From the NCBI GenBank assembly GCA_965649765.1, contig OZ287755.1, positions 49,290,001 through 49,354,000 on the forward strand: a stretch of DNA of 64,000 nt, given 5' to 3'. Below the pieces are notes generated by a model. The model was not told the DNA's origin. It saw only the letters and a program-made list of their open reading frames with translations, and searched no databases. The translations under genes were made by a program, and so were the position numbers. The DNA comes from Bispira polyomma (Eukaryota). Numbering within the stretch: the first letter of the stretch is position 1; every line of letters begins with the position of its first letter. Shown here in pieces: positions 1-13,090 of the stretch.

Positions 1-1298
1 GCAAATGTAAGTGAAGTAAAAATGACAAATATATCAATGTACTAAATAGAATTTCAGAAAGACTATGCTGTGAATAGAAATATTTCTGTATATACTATGT
101 ACATATGGTCTGTGCATTAGCTCTCTTTATCCTATTCATCTTTTTTGTGTGTTAGATTAGGTATGACTATAACATTATATACACACAAGATACTTCTTTT
201 TAGGCAATACTATATATTGTGTTTTGAGAAAAGAAGCAGAAGTTCTTTCGATATCGCTAAGAAATGCATGATGGACCGTAAATGTCTTAATGTAAGAAGT
301 GCAGCCAAGCAGTATAAGCAAGACCCTGGAGAAAGAGTCTAAATGCAAGTGACTGTATGTTTTAGTTATTTTGTATGTAGTTTTAATAGTATATATGCTG
401 TGATCATATAAAAAAAGATCAACCATAAAAGCAAATGCAAGAGAAATCAAAAAGAATAATAAAATAACAAATAAAAATACTTTGACTACAATTTAACTTG
501 TATAGTTTTCTCCTTTTAGGCCAATGTATCAATCTTGAAGATTGTGGTTTGTTGGGCTTACATTTCACACTTGCAGGGCTATTGTTTGATGTGTTTTTTA
601 TTCATAACTACGTGATAACTGAAACAAATTGCAGGGATTCATACACATATTTGCCAGAAATAGTTGATGCTCTGTATGGTACACAATTCAATTAGAGTTA
701 ATAATTATTCAGCATATCACCTTTTGTTCACAGTCATCCCAAGGATTATACTTATGAACAGTCTTAAACTTAAATTTATGATTCTACTTTATTATCTATA
801 AGGCTGTAGTTGTAACCTAATAACAGAACCGCTATCGTTGGTCGAATCGTGGTCCTGGCGTGTATGTAGGGTATAGTTTTTTGGCAACAATTACACTGCC
901 TTCTTGATATAACACAAAACGTGTTCAAACTGACGTATTAAACCCCATCCAAAAAAAACTCAACTAAATCAACTTTATTGTTAAAATACCACAACTATAT
1001 AGGCATACTTTGTCATGTAAATGAAGGTCAAGCATATTTCACAAGGATTATTTGTGGTTTAGATATGCGGGCTAGTACCAACAAACACCTGACATGAGGA
1101 ACAAAAAACATTGTCTTCTTAAATATCAAATATGTGGTTTATTCATTATTTGTAATATTCTGCTTGTCTTAAGTATATTTATGTACGTGTGGATAGTTTT
1201 TGAAATTATTATTGATTCATGACTAACCCAGTCTGGCACAATATTCTTACTTTGCTTGTTGGGTATATTTATTTGCATAGAGTATTTATTGTTTATTA

Positions 1299-2320
1299 AA
1301 CTATAGACCAGTCTCTAACCTAAGCTTTGTATCTAAACTTATTGAGAAAGGTGTTGCTAAAGAAATCCATAATAAACAAAACCTAGCTAACTCCCACCTT
1401 TCTCGATCTCTCCGCAGCTTTTGGTACCATTGACCATGGTTTACTCTTTGACACCCTAAAACAGTGTCAAAGAGTACCCCAGGGGTCGGTTCTTAGCCCT
1501 CTACTTTTTACCCTCCACACTCATCCTCTCAGTGCAATCATCAATAGTCACAATGTTAAACATCACATGTATGCTGATGACACTCAAATATCTCTCTCTC
1601 TCTCTTACCCTCATAATGCCGGAAACAGCCTTGATTTACTGGCAGACTGTCTCTCCTCAGTTCAGGCATGTATGAACTACTCCAAAATGAAATTAAACCC
1701 AGATAATTTTGAATTGGGATATTTAACGTCCACTGTAGTACCTGTTTAGGTTATATTGGGACAGGTAGTTTGAAACACTGGAGGAAACACTGCATACAGT
1801 TGACCAACGTTCTGCACTGAAACTAGTGTCCCACAGTAAGGAACTACCACCTTTCCCATATAGGCATCGACAGGAGTCGAACCCACGCCAGCCGATCCCA
1901 GAGGTGAGACCAGTGATTGTGAAGCGCAATGCTTGCTAACCGCTAGGCCACAGCGGCCCCAAACCAAGATAAAACTGAATTCAGCCTAATTGGCAACAAG
2001 AAACAGTAAATTGTCAAGATTATTTTTTCCAATCACACTACAGCCTTCTCGGTCACTGCCCCTATGTTATGGAACAGCCTTCCAGTTAAGCTTAGACTGC
2101 TTGAACACTTTCTGGATTTAGGAGAAAGCTTGAAACATATCTCTTCAGGCTCGCCTATCCTCCGTAGTCCTCTCCCTGGGTGCTGACACATCCATCTTTA
2201 CAACCTGGCTATGTTTTTCGATTTTTCTATTGGCTGATTGATTCTGCTGTTGCGCCTTAGGAGATGCCTAGTAACAATAAGGCACGTTATTAAATGTAAA
2301 TGTACAATATAATACAATAC
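1299..2320 (+). mobile_element. Decayed, internally deleted L2/CR1-group LINE (RT region and 3' tail), interrupted by a SINE
   Basis: Collinear RT motifs NYRPVSNLSFVSKLIEK (1299), [47 protein letters not shown] and AYPP*, then a 3' tail GCGCCTTAG...TAAGGCAC with ATACA-type repeats. Confidence 0.85.
1707..1960 (-). mobile_element. tRNA-derived SINE (family A, Meta/MESC-like core), full length
   Basis: Minus strand starts GGGGCCGCTGTGGCCTAGCGG (A box), has B box GGTTCGACTCC and tail GTTAAATATCCCAATTCAAAA; 12-bp TSD AAACCCAGATAA (1695-1706) / AAACCAAGATAA (1961-1972). Confidence 0.9.
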
Positions 2321-2639
2321 AATTAATTATCTAGTTTCAACCAATGAGAAGAAAAAGAACCACAATGTGCATTAAACAGATAAATTACACAGTGTAGGTG
2401 AACACAGTTAAATTACAAGTTTATTTTTTATATTCATTTCATGATTTATTTATGCATGAAAATGGATTTGTGCTTTCTTCAAGGCGTATTTTTATAGGGT
2501 GTTTTGCATAATTTCAATAAAGCCAATCCCAAATAACCATATTAGTAGTGATGCATTTGTATGTGCACGAGTATATTACACTAGCTTTCTCAGCGCACAT
2601 ATCTCTACATTTATCTATTCAGAGTACTAATGAATCCTT

Positions 2640-2890
2640 TCCTGACAACAGTATCAGTTACTGTCATTCCCCTAACTGAAGAGAGAGGTTTGATGACTAT
2701 TTTAAATGTTTCTACAGATCTTTAGCCTGCCAAGTGACAGAGGATTGCCATTCTAAGTTGTCATCTGAGCCACTAGGTAAACGCATGTACACATCTTGCC
2801 TAAGAATGTTATTCCATCAATGATACTAGTGGCTGGTACTGGGATTGGAACAAACCAACTCCCTAACCACAAACTAGACCATAGGGTCCA
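2640..2890 (-). mobile_element. Decayed SINE-like repeat (family B)
   Basis: Shares CCATT(C/T)TAAGTTGTCAT..GAGCCAC and CACATCTTGCC.AAG blocks with the copy at 27.7 kb, and other blocks with the 11.2 and 23.9 kb copies. Confidence 0.55.
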
Positions 2891-3578
2891 TATATTACAC
2901 TAAACTCAGTCTCTCAATGGGACTGCAGTGTCCTAGTTGATACAAGCACCTGCTCAAAGTAATATGACTTAAGTTGTTGAAAGCGATGTAAAACCCAACA
3001 AAATTCAAATCCAGAGTCTTTCAAGGTAACAATCATATGATACAAATGTGAAAGCAGATGATGGCCAGGATAAATGTAACTAAATTATTTCACCAATGTG
3101 TTCATTGTTTGATATTCTTCCGAGCTCTACTTTACTTTGAAGGTACAAGAATAGCATCAGTTGCATGAATTGTATTGTGTTCAGATATATGGAAACTGTG
3201 GAAATTATTGATAACTTTTATTGAGGATATTCAGCAAGTACGCAGAACAATACTCAATGTTTTTTGTATTTGTGTCCTTGTATTGGAAAATATATTAAAA
3301 ACCAATTTAAACTTCATGTTCATTCACAAATATATACTCCAGGCAACAATAAATGTAGCAAAATATAAACACTATTTTTAATAATAATAATAATCTACAA
3401 GCAAGGACAAGCTACTTAAATGTAATATGTGATGGATGCATCAGTTATAATAGTAACATCATATATTACAGTTGATAAATCTTTTGATATATACCGCAAA
3501 TGTTGTCACAAAGCATCAAAAGGTCTATATATTTTTTAATTTAAAAAAATCAAATGATACCATTCGTTCGGGAGGATT

Positions 3579-3617
3579 TCATTTGCAGTCCTTACTGTGA
3601 CTTCGCCATGCTTCATT
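3579..3617 (-). CDS. MYND-finger protein, last coding exon (NEAWRSHSKDCK*)
   Basis: Acceptor TTTATTTCAG, phase 0; supplies the W-x2-H-x3-C end of the MYND finger; stop TGA at 3579-3581. Confidence 0.9.
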   Translation of the reverse strand, partial: NEAWRSHSKDCK

Positions 3618-3736
3618 CTGAAATAAAGTTAATATGTTCTTCATTGGAAGTTTGATGTAAAGTATATATTTCTTCATAGCACGAATTCTTTATTTTATTG
3701 TCTCTATTTTATCTAGAAAGAAAAAAAATAACCTAC

Positions 3737-6621
3737 CTGACATATATGGCTGCAGTATGGCACTTTCTTACAACCAGAGCATATGAAAACAGCCTTTTTA
3801 CTGCACACTGAACACTGGGGGGTTCTTTTCTGACTCTTTCCATTTTTCTCTGAATCTGGTACGGAGGTTGCAGACTTAGCACTAATTTTAGGTATAACAA
3901 CTGCTGTGCCAGGATATACAGGAGGACTCTTCACTTTTCTCACTGCTCTCCCCATGACTTCAGTTGTATTAGGTGGATGGTGTGGTGAAGGATTATTTTT
4001 TGCACCATCATTAACACTTTTTTGAATCACATTGTTTTGCTGGTGATTTTGGATGATGTTATTTACTTTTAAGCCAGTTCCAGTAGTTGGTGTTTGATGT
4101 ATTCCATTGCTGTTGTTCGGAATGATATAGTTGCCGCGACTATCGACATGTGGTGGATTGTTCTGTTGATAAGCCTGTTGTGGGACAGTCACAGTCGAAT
4201 TATTATTCCCAACAGGCTGGTTAGAAAATAAGGTATTTTGTTGAGTTTGATATATTTGTGATTGGTGAAAAGGACCCTGTTGTTGCATCCTAGGTGTACC
4301 TTGAGATTGAATGAACTGATTCCCATGAATGTCTGACAAAGGCAAATGTTGCTGATGTTGCAACCATGCCGGATTATTCTGTTGAAATCTAAGTTCTTGA
4401 TTGAAGGGGCGATATAAATGACGTGGCGGTCGTTGCATTGGCTGATTTATTACCAGAGGACCAGCTCCAGTTACCATTCCAGGCCTTTCTAGTCTTAAAG
4501 GTCTACCAGCTACAAGTAAATTTGCACTTGGGGGCCGTATGATATTATTCTGAGACTGAGAAATATCATGTGCAGGTGATGTTTGACTTGGCAAATGTGT
4601 CACTGCGGTTTGGGGTACTTGTTGATATATCGTAGGATGATGTTCCAAGTTAGTGTTTGGCATTGGTTGCCTCTGTTGAATATTTTGTGATGGATCCACT
4701 GGCTGTATTTCTTGTTGAATATTTGATACCGATGGTGGATGTACAGGCAATCTTAGTTGCATGAATGGCATGTGTATGGGTCTGCTACCCGAATGTTGGT
4801 TGGGAAACTGAGATACAAGATGTCTTTGTTCTTGCAGAAAAGGCAGAGCCACTCTGTTACCAAATGTTACATTAGGAGGACCTCTGTATCTATGATTCAT
4901 ACCTCTTTGAAATCGGGATTTGCCACGAGCTCGTCCTGCTAATCTGCTGGGTTTAATGATATTTTTTAATGTATTCTGCACTTGTTCTTCTATATGAGAA
5001 TGGTCATTCCTGTTCTCTGCCGGATTTGTGTCTTTATGTATATATATTGTATCTTGCGATTCTATTTTATACAGACTTTTTGCTATAAGTTCGTCAATTA
5101 TGCCCTGAACAATATCAGACGAAGAAGATTCTTGGGTGGCTGCCTTAGTCTCTTTACTTGGTGATGGAGCATTTTCAACAAATTTTAAGGTCACCACATT
5201 AGCTGATGAAATCTCCTCATCTGGTATTTTTCTGTCTTCTAGACTTTCAAATTTACATTCCTGTTTCAATTTCTCATCCTTGCAATTAATGCTACATTCA
5301 GGTAACTTAACCGTTGCATTAACATTTGTTTCAGATACAATTGATCCAGACCTTGATACAGCTGTTAAATCAGCTTTTGTATTAGTTACATAAGGCTCCA
5401 TTTTTGAAACTCGATCTCCATTGTTATATTCAACGCCTTTGTCTGGACTTGACAGGTTCATTGAACTGACCTTGGTTTTATCTGACAAGGATTCACAAGG
5501 TATTAAATTATCTATGGTAGTAACCTTAAAATCATTTGATCCATCTACAGGTTCTTCTTTTCTAGTATTCAATGTCATTTTATCACCAGTTAAAGTGCCC
5601 GATTGTGATTTTTTACTTAAATCTAACACTTCACAAGTTAAATCAGCTGCTTCAGTTTTAGCAGGTGTTTTGTTGTCAACACTGATAGCCTCTTTGCTTT
5701 TCTCTAGGTGCCGTTCATAGCTTGCATTTTCGGTTACATTTGTTTTGATAATAGACCTGCTGCTCCCCTCCACTAAACGATTAATATTTGCATGGATCTG
5801 ATCCATTTGCAATGCAGCTTGTTGAACCTTGCTTTTCAAGTCTTTTGTTTCTTTTTCTTTGATTTCTTCTAATTTTTCTAGCTTTTTATACATCTTTTGA
5901 AAGTGCTCAAACTGCTTTGTTAACTGTTTTAATATAACTTTTCGTTCTGATTCTACAGGTTCACTGAGATTTTTCCGCTGCTTTGTATTCCCCTCAGATA
6001 CCCCTTGCACATTTTCATTTGTAATACTCTCAGATTTTTGTGCAGATAAATCTATGAGATCTGTTTGAATTTGTTGGCTTATTGTTGAAGGGACTTTAAT
6101 TATATCATTGGGTGATGCTTTGGACATTTTACAAGTTGACACAGAACTAGTAATGCATACTCTAGAAATGTCAGCATCATTTATTTGTGATTTATTACTA
6201 TCACATTGAGTTTCATCAGGTGTAATATTTAATTGTTTTACATGAGATGTTGGTTTCTTGGTATTTGGCTCAATGTTAGTACTGACATCTGTTGTAACAA
6301 CAACATTCTGAATAACTGGTGGTGCATTGGTACTGGTGTAATGAACAGTTGTACCTATTTGAATGGGACTCTGCAGTTTTGGTAAAATTGGATTGATTGT
6401 GTGACTCTGAAAATCCTTCACTGGTGGTTTTGACACTATTTCTCTAACTTGTTGAGTTCTTTGGTCGATCATATCATGATTGGTTTTTACATTTGGTGCA
6501 ATTGATACTAGTTCACGTGTGTTCTGATGGAGTTTTAGAGCAGCTATCTGTGAACTTGGTCTGATCTGTTGCAAAGGATGTAGTATATGTGGTGGTGGGT
6601 CACAGTATACCGGTGTGAATT
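3737..6621 (-). CDS. MYND-finger protein, large exon 3 (coiled coil, Q/P/N-rich region, first six MYND cysteines)
   Basis: Inside the 987-aa ORF; acceptor TTTACAG (phase 1), donor CAG|GTAGGT (phase 0) after CSVCSKKAVFICSGCKKVPYCSHICQ. Confidence 0.9.
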
Positions 6622-6829
6622 CTGTAAATTGGAAAACATAATACCCTGCTGTTTCAACAATTGTTATGATAATCATAAACTATGATCAGAAATAATAGCA
6701 TTACAATTATAATGAAAATAGAAATAATAGCATTACAATTATATTGATAAAACTGCCACAACAATTTTAATAACCTATTATCAGGTAACAGATTTATAAT
6801 TTGGTGCTATATACCCTACAGCAAGTTAC

Positions 6830-7033
6830 CTTCTATTGCTATTGATGGTTGAGTCTGTCCTATAGTAACAGCTTGTGAACGACATGGCTGTTCAGGATTA
6901 CCGATAGGTTGATCAATCTTGTACTTTTGCATCAGCCAATTGTGGTTCACAAAATCCCTCACTAGTCTCTCTGGGGCTGCTATCTCAGGAGAATCAACAC
7001 GACTTTCTTCTTTTGTGGACATATTTTGATTCA
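6830..7033 (-). CDS. MYND-finger protein, exon 2 (204 nt)
   Basis: Acceptor TTTTTAG, donor GAAG|GTAACT; phase 1 at both ends, matching both neighbours; open frame NQNMSTKEES...IAIE. Confidence 0.85.
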
Positions 7034-8542
7034 CTAAAAATAATTTGCAACATATGAAGTAAGTTGTATCAGTATAATATGCACATCAATGGTATTATCT
7101 TGCTATAAATAATATCAAAGATATTTAGCATCACTCATTTGGTGGACTTTGACACTGAACTTATTTTATGCATTTATTCAGACAATTGAGCCTTTTTTTA
7201 TCTTGTTTACCTTTTAAAAAGTATGACATATTAATAAATATACACAAGGATTCCACACAAAATTAATTTACCAATAGTTTTGATAATTTGAAGCTTAATA
7301 TACAAGTAAGTTGTTTAAGAAGTAAAATTACATTAAAATAAATTTTAGTGCTGAAATAATAGTTGGAAATTATTAAATTTTCATTTCACAAATCCCAACA
7401 TAATTTTTTTCTGAAATAATCTTTTCCCTTTCTTAAATGACGATACAACACAACAAAAAGGAAGTGAAGTAGTTGTTGCAGCTTCTTGTCATGCAATGTT
7501 TCGACAAAAAATACATATTTTACATTACATTTACACAGCACCTATTACTAAGTGCTTTAACAACCAGTACTAGCCCAATATATTTTATGTCAGGCCTCAC
7601 ACAATCCCCTGCACTATGTTTATACAGTGATTAACATGCATGAAAATAAATCAACCACATGTGAAGAATTCTTTAAATAGTATTAAATGTTATTCTGTAA
7701 GGGCTTTGATTATAATTGAGAGTATAAAATTAATTTTTTTTTTGTATTTCCTGTTATTCTGTAAACACTATATGTGGACATCGTGTCTCTTATCGCCATT
7801 TATATAGGTAGCCACTAGCTATATCAACGATACAGAATGAAAAATTTATATGAAGAACATGTCCATTCTAACACGTTTACCAACCAAGTAGACCCTATAA
7901 TTGCTAGAATAGAAAATTAGGTCTTATGTTAAAATAGAAGATCAGAGTGTGTGTCAAAATAATGAGAAATTAAGCAAACAAGGCTAATGCACAAGTTCAT
8001 TAATTTGTTAAATAATTAATAATAATAACTCAAATCTAATTATATTTCATAGACACTATTTTAATAATTGCTATTGGCTCGTTTAACATGTACATGCTGA
8101 GCAAAAGTATGTGTTCAGGATTTCTACTTTGAAGCTTATGCCGGCCATTTTTTACACAAGTGTGTCAATTACAGATGACCAGGAGAAAAGGCTAAGTAGT
8201 TAGTGAGTATTTCTAATTGTTATAATACTGATTTTGTACTTTTAATGCGTTGGACTAAAAAGGTATTATCACCGAAAAAATGTCGACTAAAAAACTATAG
8301 TAGATTAAACTATAATAAATTAAATCATGTATCATAAATTAAATAGTATAAAACATATGTTAACAATGTTTATTTTTTAAAAATTTGACTTTTATAGGTT
8401 TGAATATAACTAATTATTTATATTTCCACAATTTTTTTTGCAGTTAACTAAATCCATATTGTATTAATTACTTCAGATAGATATCACAATATAAAATTGA
8501 TAATGAATAGAATATAGCAATTCTTAAATTTCTGACAAATAC

Positions 8543-10154
8543 CTGGCAAAACTTCTGTTTTATCAGTCACTCTTGAATTCGCATCTTCACTGGATTGTTT
8601 CTTCACACAAGAATTTTTGCTGTTAGTTTTGGAAGACTTTCTTCGTTTTCTTGGCTTAGATTCAGGAAAATGTGAAGGATGTTCCATAGGCAGTACAAAA
8701 TGGAGTCTGACATTATCATTTTGAGAATCATCACCTGGATATGTTGTTTGTTCATTATTTGGATAATAATACTTAATATGTGAGCTGATATTAAAGTTTG
8801 TTATACCATTATTTGTTACATTTGTAGCTTTAGGCGATTCACTTTCTATCGGTTTGACTTCTATAAAGTGTCCACCACTACCTTGTTTTTTCAGTTCCTT
8901 CATACCAACCTTTGACTGGTTTTGTATTTTCTTTCTTTTTGCTTCAGTATTGTCCGAGTTTTCTATTGCATGACAAGGTTTATTTCTTCCTTCTCTTCTT
9001 TTCTTGACTTCCTTTGGTTCCTGGACAGTATATCTGCAGCTATTACTAAGAGAGTTTATATCCGATAAACTTGTAACAGAAACTATTTCAGGGAAGAAAT
9101 CTTCTGGAGCTACTTTTTCTGGTTCTTTCCTAACTGTGCTTTCATCCTCTCTACCTATATGATTACCTTCAGAAGGTTCTTGCTTGTTTGCAGTACGCTT
9201 GGTCTGTTCTTGTCTTTTTTCTAGAGAACCTGTCACAGCATCTTCATCTATCACTAAATTGGCTTCATCCTCATCATCAATGAAATGTTCCTCTGAAACA
9301 CCTTCCATCACAGAATGAAATTCTCCGTTGCAGTCATTGAATTGTGGTGAGTTAGTAAATCCTTCTGTTTCGGTTATTTTTACTCCAGTACTTATATCAG
9401 GATGTCTTTCACCACTACTTTTCTTTAAAGTCTTAACACCCTCTATCATATCAGAACCATCATCATTATTTTTGTTTGTTGGTGATAAAACCTGTGTAGT
9501 TTTAGAATGTGTATCACTATTACTGTCTTGGCTAGTCCTGATTTTTAAAACAATTGAAGTATTTTTCATAAATGACTCCACCTGTCGTGATTCAGATGGC
9601 CTCCTCAACAAAGAGTTGGTTTTGTTTTTTTGTGTCATGAAATCACATGCATTCCTGTCTGTGTCATCAAACTCATATGGATCACAAAGGCCAGGTTTCT
9701 GAATGTGAATCCTTTTATTATGTTGTTTATTCAACATCACACTAGCGTTGTCTAGATATTCACTGACACGCTTGTGCTGATCATTGAACTCATCTTCTCC
9801 AGTTCCAAAAAGCATTAAACCAGATGGGGGAGGTATTTTCCCAGCTGTTTGCGATATGGGCCGTTCTTCTGGCTTTTTATATGGCACCTCACTAGTCTGC
9901 TTAAGCGTCTTATTAATATTTGTAAATACAGTAGCAATGTCAGTAAGATGCACACTGGGTTCAAAGTAGCTTTTGAACAATTTCATGGTGATCCTCCTAG
10001 ACGGTCTTCCAGCAGCTCTTGGGGCCATTCTGATATATCCCTTCTGCACGTGGCCAAAAACTGCTTTCGACTTGATACAGTAATATCTACTATAATGTCT
10101 ACTCCCTTTTCCTCTTTTAACTTCTTTGATCTCATTACCACTTAAAATCTCCAT
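8543..10154 (-). CDS. MYND-finger protein, first coding exon
   Basis: Inside the 585-aa ORF; donor CCAG|GTATTT phase 1; likely start TCAAACATGG at 10154 (alternative in-frame ATG at 10232). Joined CDS is 4740 nt, 1579 aa. Confidence 0.8.
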
Positions 10155-10328
10155 GTTTGAATATTTATCCAATCTTCCCCACAAATCAATACAACAGCGT
10201 GCAGAGTGTGAAACCTTTCTGTGGAGACACATCGCAAACACTCATTTTATCAATAAACCTATATCACACAGTGTTGTTCTACGTTTGGTTTTTAACACTA
10301 AAAAGGCTTGTGCGAGCGGAGACTTCGC

Positions 10329-10342
10329 CTTTTATATATATA
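10329..10342 (-). promoter_or_regulatory. Candidate TATA box of the MYND gene
   Basis: TATATATAAAAG on the minus strand about 180 bp upstream of the ATG, in a locally CpG-richer stretch (10300-10460). Confidence 0.45.
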
Positions 10343-11169
10343 GGCAGTACACGGTCGTCCCGGCAACCCACTCATTGGCCACTAGAATCTGCGCTATCTT
10401 ACACAACACGTGTCGTAAATACAGATACCGGTAGGTCCCCCTCGCATGTGGTATTGACGTCTGCTAGTCCCCATAGAATTCTACTAGTTAAAAGTTGAAT
10501 AACTAAGTATTGTGTGTTGTGCATTCGTGTGTGCAATACTGAAGGTTTTTGCAATGTAGTCGAGGTGGTAAACAAGATTTGAAGAGCCTTTGTGGACGTT
10601 TTATGGAAACTATCCAAATGGTGTCGGGTGTTTGTGTGTTCAGTTCTTTGTGAAAACACGATTGTGCTGTAATTTATTCATGAAATTGGTGTCTCAAAAG
10701 GGGAAACTTTACCAAGTTACATACATTTACAGATTACATGGCAAAACAATTTGTTTAGAGGTTTCTGTTCACTAGTGTATTAAGTATTCAGATGTTAATA
10801 CTGAGAATATCCAATGGACTTGTGGTTAGAATGAAATGAAAATATTGGTATTTATATACCATAAAGTAAAACATCAGGAATTTTACTGAAACAAGATTCT
10901 GTAAATATTGTACTGTTGTATCTTTTTAATAAGGCTAAGTGTTTGTAATACATTTTGACAAATTAATTCATACATAAAATAAACTTGACTCAAGGTTAAC
11001 CATTGTGAATGAATATATATATATTTGTGAAAAATAGTCTGCTGTTAAGTCATATCTACTGATGCCAACCATGTTGTATTAAATTTTATTGTATATAGTG
11101 CATCTATCTACTTTCAATCTGGTGTTCGAAGCACTATAGTTAACTTTGACTGCATAAGTATAGCAAATC

Positions 11170-11370
11170 ATCTCCAGTAACTCGCATTCACCTACCTAAA
11201 CAGAGAGGCTTGAGGATAACCATTTAATTGTATCCCCAAGCTTCTTTAGCCTGGCACTGGGGACTGAATGCAATAACCTAGGACCACCATTTTAAGTGAT
11301 ATTTCACGCCACTATGTATCTGTCTGTACTTGGTTACCCATGCTGTACCGATCCTAGATCCTCAAACACT
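11170..11370 (-). mobile_element. Decayed SINE-like repeat (family B)
   Basis: AGAGAGG.TTGA.GA / CTTTAGCCTG / CCATTTTAAGT blocks shared with 2670-2760. Confidence 0.45.
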
Positions 11371-11460
11371 TAACTATTAAACTTCAATGGCGTTTATATG
11401 ACCTGTAAAGTGTTCAGAGCATATAATCAAGTGTGTGTATATATCAACAGTAATATATGT

Positions 11461-11914
11461 TGTTTTTTTTTTGTTGTTGTTTTTAATTGGGATATTTAAC
11501 GTCCACTCTAGTACCTGTTTAGGTTATATTGGGACGGATAGTTGGAAACGCTGGAGGAAACACTGCATACAGTTGATCAAGGTTCTGCACTGAAACCAGT
11601 GGCCCACAGTAAGGAACTACCACCTTTCCCATATAGGCATCGACAGGAGTCGAACCCACGCCAGCCGATCCCAGAGGTGAGAGACCAGTGATTGTGAAGC
11701 GCAATGCTTGCTAACCGCTAGGCCATTGGGCCCCCAAACCCAGATAAAACTGAATTCAGCCTAATTGGCAACAAGAAACACAGTGAATTGTCAAGATTAT
11801 TTTTTTCAATCACACTACAGCATCGACGGGAGTCGAACTCGTGCTGCCAAGGGGTGAGAGACCAGTGATTGTGAAGCGCAATGCTTGCTGACCACTAGGC
11901 CACCGCTGTCCCGT
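11461..11914 (-). mobile_element. Composite SINE: partial family-A head + 86-bp L2 fragment + full family-A SINE
   Basis: 13-bp TSD CAGTAATATATGT (11448-11460, 11915-11927); 11485-11821 matches 1712-2044 including the non-SINE flank. Confidence 0.9.
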
Positions 11915-13090
11915 CAGTAATATATGTACGTTCATGTAAAAATAAATGTGTTCTATGCTTGTACTAGTGTACTCACAAGCATACATAGTTCAAAGTATCG
12001 TGAATACTGTTTCTGGTGTAGCTGACTTATTCAAGTAGAGTGTCGATGTTTGTATATATTGTCTATGAACTTCAACCGGTCCTTAGTTTACTATGTAGAC
12101 CAAAAGTTCCACACAGATATATAAACTGTCACATGACCCAAATGTAAAACAAAAATAGGTATGCCACAGTTAAGGCCAATTTGAGTACAAGATTTGATTT
12201 CTGCTGGTTAAGGAAATATGCACTAAAATATGTATATTCATAAAATAGAAAGTTAATGTACTGTACACATGTTTCTTTTTATGTAGCTGATCCACCGTAA
12301 ATTAGTAAGAAGGGACACAGGAAGTTAAATGCAGTCTACAATGTAGCTATAGTTTTAACTTCTTACATTGTGTATATATGAATGTACAACATTGTTTAAA
12401 AGCTAATTTGAGAAATCTGGAGCGGTGATCAAGTCAGAGACACAAATTACTGATCACACTGTAATTTAATGCATTTCCAAAATTGTGACGTAATGTCCTA
12501 CATATTAGGGGTAATATAGTCTAAGTTGCATCACTAAATAGTGTCTGGAAAGTACTTTTTTAGAGAATAATACAAATGTACTAATATTTACACAGAAAAT
12601 ACTGGACAGGCAAAACAAGGTGTAGTATATGCAAATCTTTCATACAGAAAATGGAGAAAAATGCAGGCAAACATCACGGAATATGTTCTAGAAACTATTA
12701 TGTTACATAAAGTAGTATCTTGTAACCATTTATACTGAGAATAACTGCAGTAATCAGTATTTTAATGTAGCTGTTAAAATATTTGTACAATTTCGAGATA
12801 CGTATTCTTTTTGCAATCACAAGACTCCTAAGACAGCTTTTGCTAAAAGATATGCTTACAAATGCACATCACATTTTACATGTACATGTGCATTTTGTAC
12901 TAATAATTATAAACTAGTATTTTACAATAGTGGTAAAAGAAAGAGCTTCCATCCTTTAAATGGACAGGGATTAACATTTCCTTTTGTATCATCTTTTGGT
13001 TCCAATTGTTTTTACTTTTTTGTGTGGGTTAAGGAAATAGCAATTACAGTAATAAAACAATCATTATTAATGTTTAAATTGCTGAAATTT

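Noticed and set aside
1870-1960. tRNA gene
   Set aside because: A and B boxes are present but there is no cloverleaf, and it continues into a SINE core and tail with a TSD
1723-1967. Recurrent ORFs reading RFTITGL... (also 11519-11704, 18859-19083)
   Set aside because: Chance translations of the family-A SINE, not a protein family
4757-10498. Plus-strand ORFs overlapping the MYND gene
   Set aside because: Antisense shadows of long coding exons with no recognisable motifs
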